Source: an uncultured Acidimicrobiales bacterium
GTDB taxonomy: Bacteria; Actinomycetota; Acidimicrobiia; Acidimicrobiales; UBA10347
Direction of reading: 5' to 3'
Assembly (NCBI GenBank): GCA_963925805.1
Contig: CAWUSE010000023.1
Span: 1,098-65,097, forward strand
Length of the DNA: 64,000 bases
The position numbers were made by a program, and so were the translations under genes. Below, piece by piece: positions 57,972 through 64,000 of the stretch. The notes under the pieces are model-generated. The model ran no database searches. It was not told the origin of the DNA and was given only the letters and a program-made list of their open reading frames with translations. The first letter of the stretch is position 1. Each line of letters starts with the position of its first letter.

Positions 57972-59406
57972 AGTGCAGCTTCAGGATTTACGACGAGAGC
58001 TCGCATCTCTTGTTCAACTTGAGCCTGTGGGCAGTGGGTTCGCTAGAACCGACATCGTAATAAAAGAAGTCGTCCACGATTCCCGAGATGTAGTGCCTGG
58101 GGCGTTGTTTTGTGCGGTGCCTGGCCTGACCGTGGACGGGCACGACTTTATCGAAGCGGCCGTCGGTCGAGGTGCCTCTGCTGTTCTTGCGGAACGCTTG
58201 GGTGCGACCAATGCGCCACAACTTGTGACCCCTCATGTTCGTCGTTCTATGGCGTACGCCGCGGCGATCGTGCATGGGCGGCCGAGCCGGGAACTCGCAG
58301 TGTTTGGCATAACCGGTACGAATGGGAAAACCACCACGACGCAGCTATTGGACAGCATCGTGACCTCATCCGGGCGGAATTGTTCGGTGATTGGAACCCT
58401 CGGGGGCGCTCATACGACTCCCGAAAGCACTGACCTGCAGCGCCAGCTCCGTGCGCTCGTTGATCAGAGTGTTGACGTTGTGGCCCTCGAGGTCAGTTCT
58501 CATGCGCTGGATCAGCACCGGGTCGATGCAACCGAGTTTGCCGTCGCTGCCTTCTCGAATCTGACACCAGACCATCTGGATTTCCACAAAGATATGGACT
58601 CGTACTTCGAGGCCAAGATACAACTCTTCGACGGCCGTGCCGGCGTCGAGGTCATCAATATCGATGATCCTTGGGGAGCTCGTCTCGCGGACCAACGGCC
58701 TGATCCAATCCGGGTCTCACTGAGCGATGTCACCATCGGCAAGGAATCACTTGCTGGTACCCGCTTCATCTGGCGCGGGCTTGACGCATGGGTCCCACTG
58801 CCCGGGCGAATGAATGTGGCGAACGCTCTGATGGCAGCCGAATCAGCGCGGGTGCTCGGTCTGAACGAAATCGACATTGTCGAAGGGCTGGCCTCGGCAC
58901 CGGCGGTCCCAGGCCGTATGCAAACCGTGTTGTCCAACAACATGGCTGACATAGAGCAGCCACGACCGACCGTCGTGGTCGACTATTCACACACTCCTGA
59001 CAGTATTCAACTGGCGCTAGCAACGCTACGAGCGGTAGCCCCTGGAGCCCAGTTGTCCATCGTGTTTGGTTGTGGTGGAGACCGAGACCAGCAGAAGCGG
59101 CCGCTCATGGGCCGCGCAGCCGAACTCGGGGCCGATCGCGTGTACTTGACAAGCGACAACCCTCGTTCGGAGGACCCCATCCGCATTATCGAAGATGCTC
59201 TCGCCGGGTTCGAATCGCGCGAACATGTAATCGTCGAGCCTGACCGTAAGTCCGCAATCGGGCGTGCAATCATCGACGCTGGGCCCGATGACGTTGTCCT
59301 CATCGCAGGCAAGGGTCATGAAAAGACACAAACCATCGGCGCTGATGTGCTCTTATTTGACGACGTGAGCATCGCAGCACACATGCTTGAGGCGGATACC
59401 CCATGA
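57958..59406 (+). CDS. murE: UDP-N-acetylmuramoyl-L-alanyl-D-glutamate--2,6-diaminopimelate ligase.
   Basis: GITGTNGKTTT, the Mur ligase middle and C-terminal domains, and a DNPR motif (TSDNPRSEDP). Start set at ATG 57958. Confidence 0.92.
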   Translation: MLRAEVQLQDLRRELASLVQLEPVGSGFARTDIVIKEVVHDSRDVVPGALFCAVPGLTVDGHDFIEAAVGRGASAVLAERLGATNAPQLVTPHVRRSMAYAAAIVHGRPSRELAVFGITGTNGKTTTTQLLDSIVTSSGRNCSVIGTLGGAHTTPESTDLQRQLRALVDQSVDVVALEVSSHALDQHRVDATEFAVAAFSNLTPDHLDFHKDMDSYFEAKIQLFDGRAGVEVINIDDPWGARLADQRPDPIRVSLSDVTIGKESLAGTRFIWRGLDAWVPLPGRMNVANALMAAESARVLGLNEIDIVEGLASAPAVPGRMQTVLSNNMADIEQPRPTVVVDYSHTPDSIQLALATLRAVAPGAQLSIVFGCGGDRDQQKRPLMGRAAELGADRVYLTSDNPRSEDPIRIIEDALAGFESREHVIVEPDRKSAIGRAIIDAGPDDVVLIAGKGHEKTQTIGADVLLFDDVSIAAHMLEADTP

Positions 59407-60440
59407 TCAGACTCCTAATTGCGGCCGGGGTCGCTCTACTGGTGTCCTTGTTCGGTACTCGTTTCCTGATCACTTGGTTGACGCACCGTAAGCTGGCCCA
59501 ACCAATTCAAGAAGACGGTGTGCAGATGCACCGCGAGACCAAGGCGGGCACGCCCACGATGGGCGGCATCGCTATCGTTGCCGGCATCGTCATCGCGTAT
59601 ATTGTGAGCGACTTCTACAACGGCATCTATACCCGCAGTGGGCTGCTGGTCTTGTTCGCAATTGTTGGCTCGGCCGCTGTTGGGTTTCTCGACGATTGGA
59701 TCAAGGTCGGCCGGGAACGTAATTTGGGGCTACGGGCCAGGACCAAATTCGGAGGACAGATTGCAGTCGCAACGACCTTCGCCGTCCTTATGGTCACTCT
59801 CACCGACGTACACACTGAGATCTCCTTTACTCGCTGGGATTCCATCGGTATCGACTTGGGCCCAGTCGGCTGGTGCGTGTGGGCCGTTCTCCTTATGGTT
59901 GCCACCACCAATGGCGTGAATCTCACGGATGGCCTTGACGGACTGGCTAGTGGAGCGTCGCTTTTCGCATTCGCAACCTTCACCGTCATTGGTTTCTGGA
60001 TGTTTGGTCACCCGGAGATCTACGACGTTGGTCACGCGCTCGATCTGGCAGTCATTGCTGCGGCAGCCGTTGGTTCATGCGCTGGTTTCCTGTGGTGGAA
60101 TGCGGCGCCCGCCCAAATTTTCATGGGCGACACGGGCTCGTTAGCTCTCGGCGCTGGCCTTTCGTCGTTAGCGCTTGCAACAAACACTCATCTTTTGCTC
60201 CCTATCTTGGGGGCGTTGTTCGTAGCCGAAACACTGTCGGTAATTATCCAGGTTGCGGTGTTCAAACGCACCGGTAAACGCGTCTTCTTGATCGCTCCGG
60301 TCCATCATCACTTCGAGATGCTCGGCTGGCCAGAGACACGCGTGATCATCCGGCTCTGGCTTCTCGCTGGTTTCGCTGCATCAATGGCGCTCGGTATTTT
60401 CTACGCAGACTTCCTCTCGATCCCCGGTTCGGTCGGTTGA
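59403..60440 (+). CDS. mraY: Phospho-N-acetylmuramoyl-pentapeptide transferase.
   Basis: 10-TM protein with GTPTMGG, NLTDGLDGLA and MGDTGSLALG motifs. ATGA overlap with murE. Confidence 0.95.
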   Translation: MIRLLIAAGVALLVSLFGTRFLITWLTHRKLAQPIQEDGVQMHRETKAGTPTMGGIAIVAGIVIAYIVSDFYNGIYTRSGLLVLFAIVGSAAVGFLDDWIKVGRERNLGLRARTKFGGQIAVATTFAVLMVTLTDVHTEISFTRWDSIGIDLGPVGWCVWAVLLMVATTNGVNLTDGLDGLASGASLFAFATFTVIGFWMFGHPEIYDVGHALDLAVIAAAAVGSCAGFLWWNAAPAQIFMGDTGSLALGAGLSSLALATNTHLLLPILGALFVAETLSVIIQVAVFKRTGKRVFLIAPVHHHFEMLGWPETRVIIRLWLLAGFAASMALGIFYADFLSIPGSVG

Positions 60441-61777
60441 TGCAGCGCATGTTGGTGGTGGGACTCGGTATTACCGGACGAGCCGTGGCCACGGCATTGC
60501 AGCAGCGCGATATAGAAGTCGTGGCACTCGACGACCAGATCTCTGACGAACTGCGGTCATGGAGCGCCGAGAATAACCTGCTCGTCAACGCTCCAGACGA
60601 TGTAAACCTGGATCTGTTGCTAACTCAGGTCGATGGCGTGTTGCCAGCTCCGGGTTTGCCGGACCACCATCCGATCTTTGCGGCCGCCGCCCAGGCCAAG
60701 GCGCCGATCATGAGTGAATTTGACTTGGCAGCCCGCTGGGACGACCGCCCCGCTGTGGCGATCACGGGCACCGACGGCAAGACGACTGTCGTGACACTTG
60801 TCGAGCGCATGCTGCAACAGTCGGGTATTGCTGCAAAGGCAGTTGGTAACACAGACACCCCATGGGTCGAGGCAATCGACGACCCGTCGACCGACGTATT
60901 CGTTGTCGAAGCGTCGTCCTTCCGCCTGAGCCATAGCCAACGCTTCTCGCCAGGTATCGCCACCTGGCTGAACTTTGGACCTGATCATCTCGACGCTCAT
61001 CGCGACCTAGCTGCTTATGAAGCAGCGAAGGCAACCATTTGGTCACAGCTCGGCACTGACGCTCTGGCCATCGCGAATCGTGACGACGCCATTGTTAGCT
61101 CCCGCGCATCAATGATCTTGAGTCGCGACGTCGAGACATTCGGGGCGGGCGAACCACCGTCACTTTGTGATCACGGCGTGATCGATGGCGTTCTGGTGTG
61201 CGGCGGTACCGAGCTGATTGCAATTAGCGAACTCAGCCGAACCATGCCCCACGACATCATGAACGGACTCGCCGCATCGGCAACCGCACTTCGTGCCGGT
61301 GGACAACACACCGCAGTTGCCGAAGTGCTTCGCAACTTCACTGGGCTACCGCATCGAGTCGAGTCAATCGCCGAAATCGATGGCGTCCGCTACGTCAATG
61401 ACTCAAAGGCCACCACGCCTCATGCGGCTGCAGCTGCACTTGGTGGCTTCGACTCAGTCGTACTGATTGCGGGCGGCAAAAACAAAGGACTGTCCTTTGA
61501 TGACATGGTCGCTCATAGCGACCGCATCACCCATGTAGTAGCGATCGGGGCCGCTGCTTCGGATATCGAGACAGCGTTTGCTGGGCGAGTGCCCGTGAGT
61601 GTCGCGACGTCAATGACTCAGGCGGTTTCCCAAGCGCGCGAGGTAGCGACCGCTGGCGACGTCGTTCTGCTCTCTCCCGCTTGTGCGTCCTATGACTGGT
61701 ACCGCTCGTACCAGCACCGTGGCGAGGACTTCACTCAGGTGGTCCGAGCTCAGACCCGCCAGGGCATCACACCATGA
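60437..61777 (+). CDS. murD: UDP-N-acetylmuramoylalanine--D-glutamate ligase.
   Basis: VVGLGITGRA and ITGTDGKTT motifs with Mur ligase architecture. 4-nt overlaps on both sides. Confidence 0.92.
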   Translation: MMQRMLVVGLGITGRAVATALQQRDIEVVALDDQISDELRSWSAENNLLVNAPDDVNLDLLLTQVDGVLPAPGLPDHHPIFAAAAQAKAPIMSEFDLAARWDDRPAVAITGTDGKTTVVTLVERMLQQSGIAAKAVGNTDTPWVEAIDDPSTDVFVVEASSFRLSHSQRFSPGIATWLNFGPDHLDAHRDLAAYEAAKATIWSQLGTDALAIANRDDAIVSSRASMILSRDVETFGAGEPPSLCDHGVIDGVLVCGGTELIAISELSRTMPHDIMNGLAASATALRAGGQHTAVAEVLRNFTGLPHRVESIAEIDGVRYVNDSKATTPHAAAAALGGFDSVVLIAGGKNKGLSFDDMVAHSDRITHVVAIGAAASDIETAFAGRVPVSVATSMTQAVSQAREVATAGDVVLLSPACASYDWYRSYQHRGEDFTQVVRAQTRQGITP

Positions 61778-62976
61778 CGGCAACTCGAATCAGTCGTCGC
61801 GCTGCGAGCCGCACCGGTCAGGCAAAGGCTGGTGCAATGACGTGGCTGCAGCCGCTGCGTCACCCCAGTGTCGTGCCCGGCAAGCGCACTATCGAGTTCG
61901 CTGTCTTGTTGCTACTGACGCTTGCGCTGACATTCATTGGTCTGATTATGGTGCTGTCCGCATCGACGGTCACTGGCCTACAGGAGATAGGCACGCCTTG
62001 GTTTTACCTTCAACGTCAAGGCATGTGGGCGGTGTTAGGCCTGCTCGTCATGGGAGGAGTGATGCGGATTGACTACCGCGACGTCGCCCGGTTTGCGCCG
62101 GTCCTTATGATTGGCACGACGGTGATGCTCCTGGCGTTGATGGTGCCGGGGCAACACGCAATTACCGCCAACGGTGCGACGCGCTGGCTCGGCGTTGGCC
62201 CGTTCACCATCCAGCCTTCAGAGTTCGCCAAGCTAGCGCTTGCGCTCTTCGCTGCGGATCTGATCGCACGTCGAGCGCATTTGGTACAAGACAATCGCGC
62301 TGTGTTGTTTCCAGTCCTGTTCGTGTCGTTCTTCATCGCCGGACTCGTACTTGTGCAACCCAGTCAGGGAACGGCGAGCATCATTGTCGCTGTCGCCATG
62401 ATCCTGCTCTACCTCGGCGGTGTTTCGATTTGGTCTCTGGGGTCGGTCACGGTCGGTCTGTTCGCTCTCTTTGCCGCTCTCGCGATGTCCTCGCCCTATC
62501 GCCGGGCCCGCATCAGTTCCTGGACAGATCCGTTCAATGACCCTGAGGGCGCTGGTTACCAAACCGTGCAGTCGCTTGTCGGGGTTGCATCAGGGGGTCT
62601 CGACGGTGTTGGCCTTGGCGCTGGGCGTGCCAAGTGGGGATTCCTGCCCTTTGCTCATACGGACTTCATCTTCAGCGTGATCGCCGAGGAGCTTGGCTTT
62701 ATCGGCGGTCTGATGCTGATCCTGTTTTACCTCGGCCTAGCGATGTTTGGTATGCGCGTAGCGTTCGCAGCCCCTGACCGGTTAGGCATGTTGCTCGCTG
62801 GAGGAATCACTACGGCCATCACGATGCAGGCCTTCATCAATATTGGCGCTGCTATCAATCTGCTTCCGATCAGCGGCGTCACACTTCCTTTTGTGTCGAT
62901 GGGCGGCTCGTCGCTCATGGTGAACCTCACAGCGATGGGTGTCGTTCTGAACGTGGCGAGACAGATAGAACGATGA
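61774..62976 (+). CDS. ftsW: SEDS-family peptidoglycan polymerase FtsW.
   Basis: Multi-TM protein with QPSEFAK, HTDFIFSVI.EELGF and LP.SGV.LPF.S.GGSS motifs. Confidence 0.92.
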   Translation: MTATRISRRAASRTGQAKAGAMTWLQPLRHPSVVPGKRTIEFAVLLLLTLALTFIGLIMVLSASTVTGLQEIGTPWFYLQRQGMWAVLGLLVMGGVMRIDYRDVARFAPVLMIGTTVMLLALMVPGQHAITANGATRWLGVGPFTIQPSEFAKLALALFAADLIARRAHLVQDNRAVLFPVLFVSFFIAGLVLVQPSQGTASIIVAVAMILLYLGGVSIWSLGSVTVGLFALFAALAMSSPYRRARISSWTDPFNDPEGAGYQTVQSLVGVASGGLDGVGLGAGRAKWGFLPFAHTDFIFSVIAEELGFIGGLMLILFYLGLAMFGMRVAFAAPDRLGMLLAGGITTAITMQAFINIGAAINLLPISGVTLPFVSMGGSSLMVNLTAMGVVLNVARQIER

Positions 62977-64000
62977 CCGAACCGGCGCGCCAGGTCTGGG
63001 CGGTGATTGCTGGGGGTGGCACATCAGGTCACGTGCATCCTGCGTTAGCGATCGCGGGCGAACTCGTGCGACGTGGCCGCTCGAAGGACGAGATCCATTT
63101 CATCGGCAGTCGCCGCGGGCTCGAAGCTGAGCTAGTGCCCGAACATGGATACGGACTGACGGCACTTCCCGGGCGTGGGATCCAACGCTCTATCAGTCGT
63201 GAAAACGTGAAGTCGATCGTCGCGTTGGGATCTGCTGCGATTTTGGCATGGCGCACGCTACGCCGTCTCCGTCCAGCCGTCGTGGTCTCTGTGGGCGGCT
63301 ACGCGAGTTTGCCTGCACTCCAGGCCGCTGCACTGCTGCGTATTCCCATCATTGTCACCGAGCAGAACACGGTCCCAGGCGCGGCCAACCGTTTTGGTAG
63401 CCGGTGGGCTAAAGCCTGTGCCGTCGCCTTTGCAACAACTGAACTTCCCAAAGCGGTGCACACCGGCAATCCGTTGCTTGGCGGCATCTTGGATGTTGAC
63501 CGCTCCGATCCACTAGCAGTGGCGCAGGCGAAAGAGCGTCTTGGTGTGGACCCAGAGAGACGCCTCGTTGCCGCCTTCGGTGGTTCGCTTGGAGCGCGGC
63601 GTATTAACCAGGCTGTTGTTGACGCGACGATGGCGCTTGCTGACCGAGATGATCTGACGGTGCGTCACATCATTGGTGATCGAGATTGGGACCTGTTCGG
63701 GTCACATTCGGTGGATGGCCCGTTGCAGTACCAAGCGGTGCGTTACGAACGAGCGATGAACGATGTGTACGCCGCAGCAGACTTCGTCGTTTGCCGTTCT
63801 GGCGCCACATCGGTATGTGAGATTGCAGAGACAGGAACTCCCGCAGTATTCGTTCCGTTGCCAAGTGCGCCGGGGGACCACCAGACCAAGAACGCTCAAG
63901 CGCTTACGGTGAATGGTGGTGGGCTGCTGGTCAAGGACGACGAACTCGATGGCTCCAAGGTCGTTGACCTAGTCAACGATTTGCTGGCCGACCCCCACCG
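62973..64000 (+). CDS. murG: UDP-N-acetylglucosamine--LPS/undecaprenyl-PP-MurNAc-pentapeptide GlcNAc transferase MurG. The 3' end lies outside the window.
   Basis: Hand-translated: MTEPARQVWAVIAGGGTSGHVHPALAIAGEL...VTEQNTVPGAANR. The frame is open to the window end. ATGA overlap with ftsW. Confidence 0.9.
   Translation, partial: MTEPARQVWAVIAGGGTSGHVHPALAIAGELVRRGRSKDEIHFIGSRRGLEAELVPEHGYGLTALPGRGIQRSISRENVKSIVALGSAAILAWRTLRRLRPAVVVSVGGYASLPALQAAALLRIPIIVTEQNTVPGAANRFGSRWAKACAVAFATTELPKAVHTGNPLLGGILDVDRSDPLAVAQAKERLGVDPERRLVAAFGGSLGARRINQAVVDATMALADRDDLTVRHIIGDRDWDLFGSHSVDGPLQYQAVRYERAMNDVYAAADFVVCRSGATSVCEIAETGTPAVFVPLPSAPGDHQTKNAQALTVNGGGLLVKDDELDGSKVVDLVNDLLADPH

Noticed and set aside
57841-59406. 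murE as a MurE-MurF fusion that would explain the missing murF.
   Set aside because: The protein is about 482-521 aa with a single Mur ligase architecture. A fusion would be roughly twice that size.

Overview
High-GC, densely coding bacterial chromosome segment with an actinobacterial gene repertoire: mtrA-mtrB-lpqB-like operon, DUF3040, LLM/PPOX-type putative F420 enzymes, MoxR-DUF58-transglutaminase operon, and the 5' part of the dcw cluster. From left to right: (i) a catabolic block at 1-13.5 kb (SnoaL-like, ICL/PEP-mutase family, TauD, two acyl-CoA ligases, LLM oxidoreductase, VOC, carboxyltransferase), interrupted by an AT-richer, ORF-poor islet with a 13-bp tandem repeat; (ii) a TolB-like lipoprotein, an acidic orphan protein, and an amidohydrolase/amidase/2-hydroxyacid dehydrogenase set; (iii) small accessory genes (DUF2182, DUF1326, two DoxX, pentapeptide-repeat, GYD) next to a clearly recognisable RNase P RNA gene (rnpB, minus strand); (iv) housekeeping genes (FKBP lipoprotein, queG, GT4, glpK, mtrAB-lpqB, IMPase, NUDIX, dinB, sulfatase, moxR operon); (v) mraZ-rsmH-ftsL-ftsI-murE-mraY-murD-ftsW-murG (murG runs off the window). 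No integrase, transposase, CRISPR array, rRNA or intact tRNA was recognised. The most unusual signal is that the 3'-terminal about 25-34 nt of rnpB recurs twice more, in direct orientation, 2.0 and 3.4 kb downstream of rnpB. These copies bracket the small accessory gene blocks and look like relic tandem att sites or rnpB-derived fragments. Other points: murF is absent between murE and mraY; seven 10-bp-phased GTGGG-type MraZ boxes overlap a -35/-10 pair; the mraZ-rsmH spacer is about 350 nt and structured; there is a tRNA 3'-half remnant and several short tandem repeats. All functional calls come from reading the translated ORFs and motifs by eye. No database search was run.
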